A stretch of DNA of 40,741 nucleotides, taken from contig JBCCQQ010000058.1 in NCBI GenBank assembly GCA_039024555.1, forward strand, positions 1 through 40,741. Reading direction: 5' to 3'. The translations under genes and the position numbers were made by a program. Positions 27,867 through 38,211 of the stretch are shown in pieces. The DNA comes from Cyanobacteria bacterium P01_D01_bin.156 (GTDB lineage Bacteria > Cyanobacteriota > Cyanobacteriia > Phormidesmidales > Phormidesmidaceae). Each line of letters opens with the position of its first letter. Positions within the stretch are counted from its first letter, which is position 1. The notes under the pieces are model-generated. The model saw nothing but the letters and a program-made list of their open reading frames with translations, did not search any database and was not told the origin of the DNA.

Positions 27867-29570
27867 ATGTCAGTAGACGTAGAATCGGCTCCGTCCTTTA
27901 GTCAGTTATCGTTAAGTGAGCCGGTTCTTAAGGCTTTGGAAGAGTTAGGCTACGAAAGCCCAACTCCGATCCAAGCTCAAACCATTCCCCACGTCCTAGC
28001 TGGTGTCGATATTATTGGGCAAGCTCAAACCGGCACTGGCAAAACCGCTGCTTTCGCATTACCCCTGCTGTCCCGCGTGGACATTAGCCAGCGTTTACCC
28101 CATACCCTAGTCTTAACACCCACCCGAGAACTGGCCATCCAGGTAGCAGAAGCCTTTCAAAGCTATGCATCCCATATGAAGGGATTCCATGTACTGCCTT
28201 TATATGGTGGACAAAGCTATAGCATTCAATTACGTAAGTTAGAACGTTCCGTACATATCGTGGTAGGCACCCCCGGTCGGGTAATGGACCATATGAAACG
28301 AGGCACATTGGACCTTAGTTCCTTACAGTGCCTCGTTCTTGATGAAGCCGATGAAATGCTTCGCATGGGTTTTATTGAAGATGTCGAATGGGTCCTCGAA
28401 AAAACCCCTGATTCCCGGCAGGTCGCTTTATTTTCTGCAACCCTACCTCGGGAAATTCGCCACATTGCCCAGCGGCACTTGGATCATCCTAAAGAAGTTC
28501 TGATTAAATCAAAAACGTCTACAGCTGATACTATTCGCCAGCGCTACTGGATGGTTAGTGGTTATCACAAACTAGATGCGCTCACACGGATTTTAGAGAC
28601 CGAAACGTTTGACGGCATGATCGTCTTTGTACGTACACGGTTAGCCACGGTAGAACTCGCGGAAAAATTAGAGGCACGCGGGTATGAAACAGCTCCTTTA
28701 AGTGGGGATATCTCACAACTTCAGCGGGAACGAACCGTCGATCAACTGAAATCAGGCAAGCTAGATATTGTGGTAGCCACTGATGTCGCAGCCAGAGGAT
28801 TAGATGTTGAACGCATTAGCCATGTGATCAACTATGACATGCCCTACGACACTGAAACCTATGTCCACCGGGTTGGACGTACTGGACGAGCAGGGCGTAA
28901 TGGCGAAGCTATTTTATTTGTTTCCCCCCGAGAGCGACGCTTATTGAATGCCATCGAAAGGGCGACTAAACAAAAAATTGCCAAGATGGAAATGCCGTCG
29001 ACGGAAATGGTGAACGATCGGCGCATTGCTCGTTTCAAACAGCAGATTACTGACACGTTAGCAGAAGAAAATTTGGAGTTTTTTAGCACTCTGATTGAGC
29101 AGTATGAACAGGAGCATAATGTTCCTGCCATTGAAATCGCTGCAGCCCTGGCTAAGCTCGTCCAAGGTGACGAACCACTACTATTAGTGGAACGTAAACG
29201 CAAGCAGTCGGATCGGGGAGATCGTAGAGATCGCTCTCAGCATCGGGAGCGCAAAGTAGCTCCACCAGAAAGTGGCATGGCTCGCTATCGCATTGAGGTA
29301 GGACACCGTCATCGAGTCAAACCTGGGCATATTGTTGGTGCGATCGCGAATGAAAGCGGCTTAGCAAGTCGTTATATTGGCCGCATCAATATATATGACA
29401 GTCACAGTACCGTTGACCTGCCTGAAGGTATACCCAAAGAAACCCTCAAGCATCTAAAGAAAGTTTCTGTTGCTGGTAAGCCCTTACGCATCTCTAAAGC
29501 AGACGGAGAACTCACGGGTAAAGACAGTGGCAAACGACGCCCTAAACCCAAAACAAAGAAACGAACATAA
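27867..29570 (+). CDS. deaD: DEAD-box RNA helicase with DbpA RNA-binding domain (DeaD/CsdA-like)
   Basis: Q motif, AQTGTGKT, PTRELA, TPGR, DEAD, SAT, ARGLD, HRVGRTGRAGR, C-terminal VKPGHIVGAIANE. Confidence 0.93.
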   Translation: MSVDVESAPSFSQLSLSEPVLKALEELGYESPTPIQAQTIPHVLAGVDIIGQAQTGTGKTAAFALPLLSRVDISQRLPHTLVLTPTRELAIQVAEAFQSYASHMKGFHVLPLYGGQSYSIQLRKLERSVHIVVGTPGRVMDHMKRGTLDLSSLQCLVLDEADEMLRMGFIEDVEWVLEKTPDSRQVALFSATLPREIRHIAQRHLDHPKEVLIKSKTSTADTIRQRYWMVSGYHKLDALTRILETETFDGMIVFVRTRLATVELAEKLEARGYETAPLSGDISQLQRERTVDQLKSGKLDIVVATDVAARGLDVERISHVINYDMPYDTETYVHRVGRTGRAGRNGEAILFVSPRERRLLNAIERATKQKIAKMEMPSTEMVNDRRIARFKQQITDTLAEENLEFFSTLIEQYEQEHNVPAIEIAAALAKLVQGDEPLLLVERKRKQSDRGDRRDRSQHRERKVAPPESGMARYRIEVGHRHRVKPGHIVGAIANESGLASRYIGRINIYDSHSTVDLPEGIPKETLKHLKKVSVAGKPLRISKADGELTGKDSGKRRPKPKTKKRT

Positions 29571-29573
29571 AAT

Positions 29574-30098
29574 CTAGGTATCTAACTGTCGTTGAAACTC
29601 TTCTTCAGTCAAGATATCTTCTGACTCTAAGATACGGTCTAAAAAGACCAGACCTTGTAAGTGATCGTATTCATGTTGAAAAATGCGAGCTACGAAATCC
29701 TGAAGGCATTGCCGATGTGATTGACCAAAGCGATCCAGGTAGCTCACTTCAATCTCACGATAGCGTGGCACCAGGCCACGTTTGCCTGGCACACTTAAAC
29801 AGCCCTCCCAACCTTTGACAACTTCATCCCCATGGCTACAGATGACAGGATTGATCATGACGGTAGGTTCCATTGTTGGAGCCTGAGGATAACGAGGATT
29901 AGGACGGGAAGCCACAATAAATAACTGCAGACTCTCGGCTACTTGAGGGGCTGCAATCCCCACTCCATTCTTAGCAGAAGCCGTAGCCAGCAGGTCGTCA
30001 ATTAACTGCTGTAGGTGAGGGTCATCAATATCTTGGATGGGACGACTCTGCGATCTCAGACGAATATCTCCTAATTCGATCACCGATCGAATACTCAT
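29574..30098 (-). CDS. def: peptide deformylase
   Basis: GVGIAAPQ, EGCLS, QHEYDHLQG. RBS GGAGGT. Confidence 0.97.
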   Translation of the reverse strand: MSIRSVIELGDIRLRSQSRPIQDIDDPHLQQLIDDLLATASAKNGVGIAAPQVAESLQLFIVASRPNPRYPQAPTMEPTVMINPVICSHGDEVVKGWEGCLSVPGKRGLVPRYREIEVSYLDRFGQSHRQCLQDFVARIFQHEYDHLQGLVFLDRILESEDILTEEEFQRQLDT

Positions 30099-30110
30099 GG
30101 ACTACCTCCC

Positions 30111-31286
30111 TTACGAGCGCCGCTGTTGAGGCAGCGGTTGCGTCTGAACATTGACCGTCAGCTGACGACCGTCCCGTTCAATGGCTAACTCTATGGATTG
30201 GCCCACACCAGCATCTTGAACAATCTGCTGTACCTGTTCGGCATCAGTGATAGCACGACCATTCATAGATACGATCACATCTCCCACCTGTAGCCCAGCC
30301 TGAACAGCGGGAGAGTTGCGCAATACTCCCAAAATCACTACACCTTGGTCGATATCTAAACGTAGGTTACTACGGGGATCTTGATTCACTTGGCGACGTA
30401 AATCTGAGGTTAGCGTACGCATCTGAATTCCCAGATACGCATGATCGACACGCCCTTTTTCCAGTAGCTCTTGAGCCAGACGTTGGGCCGAATTGATAGG
30501 GATAGCAAACCCTAATCCCTGCGCTCCGCCAATAATCGCGGTATTAATGCCAATCACCTCGCCACGTTCATTCAGCAATGGCCCACCGGAATTTCCTGGA
30601 TTAATGGCAGCGTCAGTTTGAATAAATTGCACACGTTTATCCGGAACTCGAATCTGTGCACTGGTGCGCCCAGTAGCGCTAATGATGCCAGCCGTTACCG
30701 TGTTGTCCAAGCCTAAAGGATTACCAATGGCAATAGCCCATTCTCCTGGTCGCAGCTGCTCTGAATTACCCAGGGTCACTGTGGGTAAATTTTGTCCTTG
30801 GACCTTGATGACCGCCACATCCGTCAAAGGGTCCTCACCCAGCACATCTCCCTCAAATTCACGGCCATCTTTCAGGGTTACCGTAACCGTGTCTGCACCT
30901 TCTACAACATGGGCATTGGTCCAAATTACCCCATCAGACTCCACGACAAACCCAGATCCCTGTCCGCGTTCCACTCGGGTAGAAGGCTGCTCCCACATAT
31001 CTCCAAAAAACTCACGGAAAAAAGGATCATCAAACGGGCCTGGACGCCGGGTTACGGTTCGGGCAGAATCGATGCGAACCACCGCAGGCCCCACTTGATC
31101 TGCAACTGACGCAATAAAACTACTACCCGTCAAAAGCCTTCCTGTTCCAGAGGAAGGCGCTTGGGCAATGCTTGGCACCAAACGAGATGTCGATAAAACA
31201 GCCGCTGTCGTACTGCAAGCAGCAATAAATCCATAAAGTACTAGCGTTTTGGCAAATCGAAGTGAGGAGGCGCGTAAATTAGACAT
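30111..31286 (-). CDS. HtrA/HhoA/HhoB-family serine protease with PDZ domain
   Basis: [41 protein letters not shown]-terminal PDZ. ATG at 31286 preferred. Confidence 0.95.
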   Translation of the reverse strand: MSNLRASSLRFAKTLVLYGFIAACSTTAAVLSTSRLVPSIAQAPSSGTGRLLTGSSFIASVADQVGPAVVRIDSARTVTRRPGPFDDPFFREFFGDMWEQPSTRVERGQGSGFVVESDGVIWTNAHVVEGADTVTVTLKDGREFEGDVLGEDPLTDVAVIKVQGQNLPTVTLGNSEQLRPGEWAIAIGNPLGLDNTVTAGIISATGRTSAQIRVPDKRVQFIQTDAAINPGNSGGPLLNERGEVIGINTAIIGGAQGLGFAIPINSAQRLAQELLEKGRVDHAYLGIQMRTLTSDLRRQVNQDPRSNLRLDIDQGVVILGVLRNSPAVQAGLQVGDVIVSMNGRAITDAEQVQQIVQDAGVGQSIELAIERDGRQLTVNVQTQPLPQQRRS

Positions 31287-32231
31287 CTGCTTAAAAATGG
31301 AGTTGAATGCAATCTCACGCAACTGGATTTACTGAGATTCAGGGTATAGGCTAGATCAATATTTTCGGTGTTACTGAATCCTTAGCAGGATCTCAGTTTT
31401 TGGATTTTGTGGCGTTGCTGCTCCTCAGGATGGTTGTATCTGCCAAATCCAGAACCCTGGATGAGTGTACAGATCGTTTCATCTTCTAAATCAGCAACGG
31501 TAATTTTGTTGTTTGGCAGGCTATGCAGATCGCTCTTTGTACTCCTAGATACGTAAATGGCAGGCTTTTTATATCTAAACTGCCATATCAGACTATGCTC
31601 CAGCTTACTGTGCCAGTTTCCCTAAGAACTTTCAAAGAAAATATCGTACATCCTTTAAAAAGGGTTAGATCTCTGGTGCATATTGGCAGGGTGTGCATGC
31701 TGGATATGTAAGCAACAACAGGTTAGTGTATTAGAGCCCAGTTAGTTACAAACAGCTTCACCTGTATAGGTGACGACAAGCACATCGTTGATATGCTTAC
31801 CTGTAAAACAGGATATTCGAGAAACACCTGTTAAAGTAAGCCTGTCTTTAAATTAGGTAAGCGACCCTAATATAGGTTCATTGACTTTTAGAAACTTGAC
31901 TTAGCAACTTCTTTGGCTTCGAAAATTTTTGAGAGCATTGCCCGCAAAAAGCCTGCAAACAGACTCTTAGTGATTGATTCAGCATTGGCTATGGGGATAT
32001 GAGCATGCATATAGCTTTACTTGCCTAAGTGAATGGAGAATCTATGCCATGAAGCACTTCTTCTGATGATCAATAGCTGATAACTTTTATATTTTTGAAC
32101 ATCAATAGCCATAAACAGTACAACCAACCTGTTTTTTGGAGCATCTGATTGCCCGTTTTCCTAACCGCGCTAACAGAGGTTAGGGACTTTGTATGTGTTA
32201 GCGCACGCTTAAATTAGCCGGAGGGTTAGTT

Positions 32232-33596
32232 GTGGATAAAGTGGATGGCCTCTGGAACCAAGTTCTTGAGAAACTTCAGGACCAACTCAGTGGTCCGACC
32301 TTTGAAACGTGGATTAAACCCACACGGTTACAAACCCTGGCCGACAACACACTGACCATTTCTACTCCTAATCCCTTTGCTAGAAATTGGGTCCAGAAAC
32401 ACTACATCCAAGTGATTTCCGATGTCGCTCAGGAACTCATTGGCCATGACATTAACGTGGTGGTGACCGTCAGTGAAACAACGAATGATGGTGAACCGCG
32501 TTCAGGTACACCGGTCAATTGGCCTCCTGCCCAGGCGACAGAACGTCAAACTGCAGATCGATCGAGTACACCGGATCTGAACCCTAAAGCAGTTTTTTCT
32601 AGGTTTGTAGTGGGCGCCAACAATCGTATGGCCCATGCAGCAGCCTTAGCCGTAGCGGAATCACCTGGTCGGGAATTTAATCCTCTATTTCTATGTGGTG
32701 GTGTGGGACTCGGTAAAACCCACTTAATGCAGTCTATTGGTCACTATCGTTTAGATATTTACAATCAAGCACGCATTGCCTATGTTTCTACCGAGCAGTT
32801 CACGAATGATTTGATTACGGCGATCCGGCGTGACAGTATGCAGCGCTTTCGGGAGCAGTACCGCGAGGTTGATATTATCCTGGTGGACGATATCCAATTT
32901 ATTGAGGGTAAAGAGTACACCCAGGAAGAGTTCTTTCACACGTTTAACACGCTTCATGAAGCAGGGAAGCAAATTGTTCTAGCATCGGACCGCCCTCCTA
33001 ATAAGATTCCCAGGTTACAGGAGCGGCTCTGTTCTAGGTTTTCGATGGGGCTCATCGCGGATATTCAACCGCCTGATTTTGAAACCAGGATGGCAATCTT
33101 ACAAAAGAAAGCTGAGTATGAACAGGTGACCCTCAGCCGAGAAGTGACGGAGTATATTGCGTCTGGCTATACCTCGAATATTCGTGAGTTAGAGGGAGCC
33201 TTAATTCGTGCGATCGCATATACATCGATTTCAGGGTTACCCATGACCATCGAGAATCTCAAGCCAGTATTAGATGCGCCTGCTGGTAAAGTCGATGCGT
33301 CTCCTGCCTCAGTCATTGACATTATTTCTGAGACCTTTAGTGTCTCCGTAGAAGACCTGAAAGGCAATTCTCGTCGCCGTGAAATTAGCCAGGCTCGTCA
33401 AATTGGGATGTATCTCATGCGGCAGCATACGGACTTGAGTCTGCCCAAAATAGGCGAGGTATTTGGTGGTAAAGACCATACAACCGTGCTCTACAGCTGC
33501 GACAAGATTACCCAAGTGATTAAAAAGGATTTGAATATGGCTCAAACCGTACGGGAGCTAAGCGATCGTATCAGCTTAAGCAGTCAGGATCGTTAG
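32232..33596 (+). CDS. dnaA: chromosomal replication initiator DnaA
   Basis: [49 protein letters not shown]. Confidence 0.99.
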   Translation: MDKVDGLWNQVLEKLQDQLSGPTFETWIKPTRLQTLADNTLTISTPNPFARNWVQKHYIQVISDVAQELIGHDINVVVTVSETTNDGEPRSGTPVNWPPAQATERQTADRSSTPDLNPKAVFSRFVVGANNRMAHAAALAVAESPGREFNPLFLCGGVGLGKTHLMQSIGHYRLDIYNQARIAYVSTEQFTNDLITAIRRDSMQRFREQYREVDIILVDDIQFIEGKEYTQEEFFHTFNTLHEAGKQIVLASDRPPNKIPRLQERLCSRFSMGLIADIQPPDFETRMAILQKKAEYEQVTLSREVTEYIASGYTSNIRELEGALIRAIAYTSISGLPMTIENLKPVLDAPAGKVDASPASVIDIISETFSVSVEDLKGNSRRREISQARQIGMYLMRQHTDLSLPKIGEVFGGKDHTTVLYSCDKITQVIKKDLNMAQTVRELSDRISLSSQDR

Positions 33597-33782
33597 ATGC
33601 AAATCCTTCTCTGGCTGCAGCCGACTTGGATCAGGCCTCTCTGAGTGGTTGTCACCCAGGTAACCCTTATCAGCACTGCACCCCAGAGCCAGAGCCTCTG
33701 AGGGTGAGCTGTGACATAGTCGCATTGAGCATACAAACTAACTTTTAAGGGAACTCCGATGTTATTTGGGGTGTAATCTTCT

Positions 33783-34125
33783 TGTGGAAAACTAGTACTG
33801 CAGATCCATTTTTCATTCAGACCTATGCCCCACATCCCTTGAAAATATTAAGTTTAATAGTAAATAACCCTAATTCTAGCTTGTGGAAAACTATATATTT
33901 TCTGTGGAAAATTTGTGGATTACTTGGGGAGTATAGATTTGGTTACGTGGAAAACGATCACCGCCTTGAAATCTTTGTGGAAAACGCTTTGAAATTTCCA
34001 CAACTTTTCCACAAGCCTGATCAGGCTAACTAATTGATGTTATCGATGTTTCATTGCATTTTCCACAGTTTCCACAGGCTCTACTACTACTACTCTTTAA
34101 ATCTATTCTTAGATAGATCTTAGAG
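33783..34125. other. oriC: replication origin oriC (DnaA-box cluster, DnaA-trio run, AT-rich unwinding region)
   Basis: Ten TTTTCCACA-type boxes at 33783, 33882, 33903, 33914, 33946, 33976 (reverse) and 33994, 34005, 34059, 34068 (forward), then CTACTACTACTAC (34081..34093) and an AT-rich tract, all between dnaA and dnaN. Confidence 0.93.
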
Positions 34126-34219
34126 ATCAGAGTTCAAAGATTCCTGAGAAATCAAGGCTTTTCATCCTCCTTTTGGGGTGTTACGATTGGCCAGCATTCT
34201 GGATAGCTATATGTCAGTT

Positions 34220-35347
34220 ATGAAGTTCGTGTGTTCTCAGGGAGATCTCAACACACATCTCTCAATCGTTAGCCGTGCTGTACCCTCTAGACCCAATAAA
34301 CCTGTACTGGCCAATATTTTGGTTAACGTTAATGAGGATGCTCAACGGATTACCTTAACTAGCTTTGATGAAACCCTAGGCATTCAGACTAGTTTTTCTG
34401 CTCACGTTGATTCCGGGGGGATCTTGACTGTCCCCGCTAAGCTTTTAGGGGATATCGTTGCAAAGTTGCCTGCAGAAGACTTGGACTTCAGCCAATCTGA
34501 CTCTGAACCTGTAATTACCCTGACCTGTTCTGCTGGTGAATATCAGGTGCGAGGTATGGATGCTACAGATTATCCAAATCTGCCGTTGGTTGAAGATGGC
34601 CAGATTGCCAATGTTTCGGCAGACTCGATTTTAGAAGGACTGAAAGGGGCCTTATTTGCGACTAGCTCAGATGAAACTAAGCAAGTATTAACCGGTGTTC
34701 ACGTGGTGGCTGAACCCGAAAACCTAGAATTTGCGGCGACCGACGGTCATCGCCTTGCGGTGGTTCAGAGTGTTGATGATTCAGGTGTGGATTTAGCCAT
34801 TGATGTGACCGTTCCTGGAAAGGCATTGAGAGAGCTAGAAAGGTTGCTCCAAAGCTATCAAGGGGGGGAGCCCATCATCCTGAGGTTTGACCCGACTCAA
34901 GTTGTATTTGAACTGGGGCATCAGCGCATCACCACACGCCTTTTGGAAGGACAATATCCTAACTATCGACAGCTTATCCCTCGCCAGTTTGAGCGACAAC
35001 TCACCGTGGATCGAAAACAGCTGATGGCTGCTTTGGAACGTATTGGTGTATTGGCTGATCAACGGAATAACATTGTCAAACTTTCAATTCTTGGAAGTGA
35101 TCAGGCATTAGCGCTTTCGGTGGAGGCCCAGGAGGTCGGGAGTGGGCGTGAAGAACTGACAGCTCAAGTAACCGGTGATGATCTAGATATTGCCTTTAAT
35201 GTTAGGTACTTGTTAGAGGGGTTACGGGCACTGCCAAGTGCTGAAATTCAGCTGCAGTGTAATTCTGCCACCAGTCCGGCTATTCTGACTCCGGTCAGTG
35301 GTTTGAAAATGACCTATCTGGTAATGCCTGTGCAGATTCGCAGTTAA
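34220..35347 (+). CDS. dnaN: DNA polymerase III beta sliding clamp
   Basis: MKFVCSQ start, ATDGHRLA, RLLEGQYPNY, IAFNVRYL, YLVMPV. Position after dnaA/oriC. Confidence 0.98.
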   Translation: MKFVCSQGDLNTHLSIVSRAVPSRPNKPVLANILVNVNEDAQRITLTSFDETLGIQTSFSAHVDSGGILTVPAKLLGDIVAKLPAEDLDFSQSDSEPVITLTCSAGEYQVRGMDATDYPNLPLVEDGQIANVSADSILEGLKGALFATSSDETKQVLTGVHVVAEPENLEFAATDGHRLAVVQSVDDSGVDLAIDVTVPGKALRELERLLQSYQGGEPIILRFDPTQVVFELGHQRITTRLLEGQYPNYRQLIPRQFERQLTVDRKQLMAALERIGVLADQRNNIVKLSILGSDQALALSVEAQEVGSGREELTAQVTGDDLDIAFNVRYLLEGLRALPSAEIQLQCNSATSPAILTPVSGLKMTYLVMPVQIRS

Positions 35348-35448
35348 GACCTGTGTAAAACTTTCAAAAAAAGCAATTTAAGTTCTCGAATAAGGACACG
35401 ATATAGGGCAAGCTAGTAATGGCCTAAACATGTCTAGAGGAATTAACA

Positions 35449-35523
35449 ATGGATTTTGCGATCGCGGCAATTGTATTTGGTACCGTACTAGTATTTTTTA
35501 GTAAAGATGTTCTCAACGATTAG
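35449..35523 (+). CDS. putative 24-aa single-helix membrane microprotein (MDFAIAAIVFGTVLVFFSKDVLND)
   Basis: ATG preceded by AGAGGA-ATTAACA. It has a 15-residue hydrophobic core and lies in the free gap between dnaN and furC. Too short for the ORF track. Confidence 0.55.
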   Translation: MDFAIAAIVFGTVLVFFSKDVLND

Positions 35524-35590
35524 TCCTGCTAAGGAAAGTAATCATCTATTGAGAAAATAAGACTATTTGATTAATAAGTTAGGCTTTGAG

Positions 35591-36016
35591 TTAATTAGTC
35601 GTTCCAAAAAAATCAATACGATAATCAGTAATCTTAACCCCAGTGCGCTGCTCTACTTCCTGGATCACGGCACTGGGTAATTTAATGTCAATATCAATTA
35701 TTTTTTCAGTATCGATGCAGTTGACATGACTATGAGAGCTGTTTTGATGACCATAAAGGCGACCATCTGCCCGTTCAACACATTCGATGATGCCATGATC
35801 GAATAAGGCTTCTAGGTTTTGGTAAACCGAAGTGTGTCCGATCTTTTTGCCGCGACGATTGAGTTCATCGTAAATTTCACGAGCAGACAGGTGTGCCCGT
35901 ACGTCCCACAGCAATTCCAAGATATAACGACGCTGACGACTTAAACGCATACCCTTTGTCTGGCAGCGTTCGATGGCATCTGACAATGATGAGATAGGGG
36001 AAGACGTAGGTTGCAT
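35591..36016 (-). CDS. perR: Fur-family regulator, FurC/PerR type
   Basis: GMRLSRQRRYILELLW, HLSAREIYD, IGHTSVYQNLEAL, HSHVNC, EQRTGVKITDY match the cyanobacterial FurC/PerR pattern. ATG at 36016. Confidence 0.85.
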   Translation of the reverse strand: MQPTSSPISSLSDAIERCQTKGMRLSRQRRYILELLWDVRAHLSAREIYDELNRRGKKIGHTSVYQNLEALFDHGIIECVERADGRLYGHQNSSHSHVNCIDTEKIIDIDIKLPSAVIQEVEQRTGVKITDYRIDFFGTTN

Positions 36017-36194
36017 GATTGAATACACAGTCTGCAAAAGCAGTACAGTTATCACTGGCTTGAGCCATGAATAAGTCCAGATACTAGGTTTGCTGTCTAA
36101 ACTTTTTCAGATTAAACCTTGGTTAGCATTAGCATCAGTTTCTAGACTTACTCTAGCTTGCTTTTTTTGTTGTTGGCTAATGTATGTGGTTAGC

Positions 36195-37535
36195 TCAGGT
36201 TTGGTTAGATGGCTGTGATGGTGCTAACTGAGTTTGAGAAAGACTTTCACGACCTGGGATAACTGTTGTACTAACTGCTTGGATATCGAGATCGTTGTCA
36301 AAACTAAGTCCTCCTAACTCTTGCCTGGTGGGTGTAGAACTTAGCCGTTGTGTAGAGGAAACGGCTGCAACTGAGTCTAGGCTATTAGGCTGTATCCCTC
36401 TCATATTGGACGGCTTTCTGTCCTTTAGATTAGAGGTTACCACAGGCGTTGTCATTGGATCATGAGCGATCGCAGGTCTTTCTAAAGATAAGTCCTGTTT
36501 GGTTGGGGCAGAGGATGGTGGCATGTCTGCCTTGTAATACTCAAATGACCGCGATACCGCATCGTGACGTCTTTGCTGATCTCGCATAATTCCAGACAGG
36601 GTATTCCCTAGTCCCGGTGCATTCCATCGCTGGGTTGACGGCTCCATATATGAATAGGTACGGGCCCAAACAATTGCGTCACCATTCTCCATACCCTGTT
36701 GGCGAGCTTGTACCAGACGATCGATATAACCACCCCGGTCAAGGGCTGCACGGGGTGCTTGGTTGGCGAGATCTAAACCATTTAAAATCTCTCCTAAAGT
36801 CATGTCTAGGGCTGCTTGATCTGCCTGATTTGCCAAGGTCTTGCCTTGTTGTTTGAGTCGTTTAAGCTGTTTTTTATCGGCCTCTTCAGGAGATCTTGCC
36901 CCATGCTGATATGAAAAGGTTCCTAGATTCCACACGCCATTACCCGGATCAGTGTGACCATAGTAAGCACGCGTGGGTTGACCAGTAGCGGCACGAGTGC
37001 CTTCAGCGCTGCCAATAACTCTTGCGACAAGTGAATCGGCACCACCCTCATAAAGCCACGAAGGGATGGCCCTGACAGCTTTCACCGCAGCAGGATATTT
37101 CTGGAGGCTAGCAATAGCGTTAGGTGAGGGGAATTGCACACCAATAGAACTGTCTTGAGAGGGAGCGTTGGGTTTGGAGGCATTTAGTGGGGGCAACACA
37201 CGACTGCTAGGTAAAGAACCTGGAGGCGGTGCTGGTAAAAGCCGAACGGTTGCCATGACATTGTTCGGCAAGGATTTAGTAGCCTGATTAATCCTAATTG
37301 GAGGGTGACCAGCTGCTGAAGGAATCGGTAACGGTTTAAATACAGAGCTCTCTTTTGCTTGGCGGCTATTAATGTGATCTATGTGCTTTTCAGGAGAGGA
37401 GTGTTGCAGGGCAGCCATGTGCGTGCCTTTGTCCTCTAGCTCAAAGCTCACACCCATTGCTTGCGCAGGTTGAATACACAGCGCTGTAATAAATAACGAA
37501 TATGCAAAAAGATGGTGGAGCTTGAAGCACAACAT
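36195..37535 (-). CDS. secreted hypothetical protein with central lysozyme-like domain and low-complexity flanks
   Basis: Signal peptide ending PAQA, Pro/Ser-rich linker, globular core IGSAEGTR..AYYGHTDPGNGVWNLGTFSYQ. The enzymatic call is inference. Confidence 0.7.
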   Translation of the reverse strand: MLCFKLHHLFAYSLFITALCIQPAQAMGVSFELEDKGTHMAALQHSSPEKHIDHINSRQAKESSVFKPLPIPSAAGHPPIRINQATKSLPNNVMATVRLLPAPPPGSLPSSRVLPPLNASKPNAPSQDSSIGVQFPSPNAIASLQKYPAAVKAVRAIPSWLYEGGADSLVARVIGSAEGTRAATGQPTRAYYGHTDPGNGVWNLGTFSYQHGARSPEEADKKQLKRLKQQGKTLANQADQAALDMTLGEILNGLDLANQAPRAALDRGGYIDRLVQARQQGMENGDAIVWARTYSYMEPSTQRWNAPGLGNTLSGIMRDQQRRHDAVSRSFEYYKADMPPSSAPTKQDLSLERPAIAHDPMTTPVVTSNLKDRKPSNMRGIQPNSLDSVAAVSSTQRLSSTPTRQELGGLSFDNDLDIQAVSTTVIPGRESLSQTQLAPSQPSNQT

Positions 37536-37668
37536 AGTGATTAGCGATGTTAGGGAGTACAGCTTTTGTAAATATGTAAAATTTGTGATGGATCAATGCT
37601 CTAATGGTTGAAATAAGTGAATAAACAACAACCATTAAAAGAGAGAAACATAATGTTGTCCGATAAAA

Positions 37669-38211
37669 CTAGCTATCAGAATTGTTCATGGCCTGTGAAT
37701 TATTGTCAGTTATGTCTTCCGATGGAGTCTCTTCACCACCCGTAATCGCACGCTTTAAAATACCTGTAGAAGGCTCAACAATAATCCAGGTCCCGTCTGG
37801 CTGACGCCGCATGGTGGCAAATTGAATATAGCCACCTGCACCAATAGGTTGACCTGCTCTGATATTGCCTAATCTAGGACGTTTAAGGCCACAAAAACGA
37901 AACAGGTAGGCAGGTACTTCAGGCGTAGAATAGATGACGCATTGATCAATCGTGCTAGGCTCTACTTTGCCTGGGAAGGGTGCTCGTAATGGCTGACGTT
38001 GTAGTTGAATTGAAATGTCTCCTAATCCGCCCACAACAAGACTGTCAGCTATAAAATCACCTATTTTTACCTCCCACTCCTGTTGGATATTAATGACTCG
38101 TTTGGGAGGGCTAGTCTGTGCTTGGCAACTGCCAAGGAGGATAGTCAGCGATACTAAATAATGAGGCAATCTCAATCTACTCAAAATTAAAACGATAGCC
38201 TGCATATTCAT
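37669..38211 (-). CDS. putative lipoprotein with degenerate M23-like fold
   Basis: Hydrophobic leader ending LLGSC, DISI..LRAPFPGKV, IRAGQPIG, IQFA..IVEP. No HxH. Start uncertain. Confidence 0.65.
   Translation of the reverse strand: MNMQAIVLILSRLRLPHYLVSLTILLGSCQAQTSPPKRVINIQQEWEVKIGDFIADSLVVGGLGDISIQLQRQPLRAPFPGKVEPSTIDQCVIYSTPEVPAYLFRFCGLKRPRLGNIRAGQPIGAGGYIQFATMRRQPDGTWIIVEPSTGILKRAITGGEETPSEDITDNNSQAMNNSDS

Larger units (their letters stand above)
2130..36473. repeat. dispersed HIP1 octamer GCGATCGC (about 15 copies)
   Basis: Seen at 2130, 5120, 6693, 7089, 11914, 12373, 14859, 17444, 19092, 21345, 23296, 29340, 33210, 35458 and 36466. Manual count, may be incomplete. Confidence 0.9.

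Noticed and set aside
31523..31711. 62-aa ORF upstream of dnaA
   Set aside because: No recognisable features or clear RBS.
33593..34033. ORFs of 80 and 83 aa between dnaA and dnaN
   Set aside because: They run through oriC. The repeated WK and VEN peptides are translations of DnaA boxes.
33783..34076. Repeated TGTGGAAAA as a CRISPR or iteron array
   Set aside because: The 9-mers have irregular spacing and both orientations and are fully explained as DnaA boxes.
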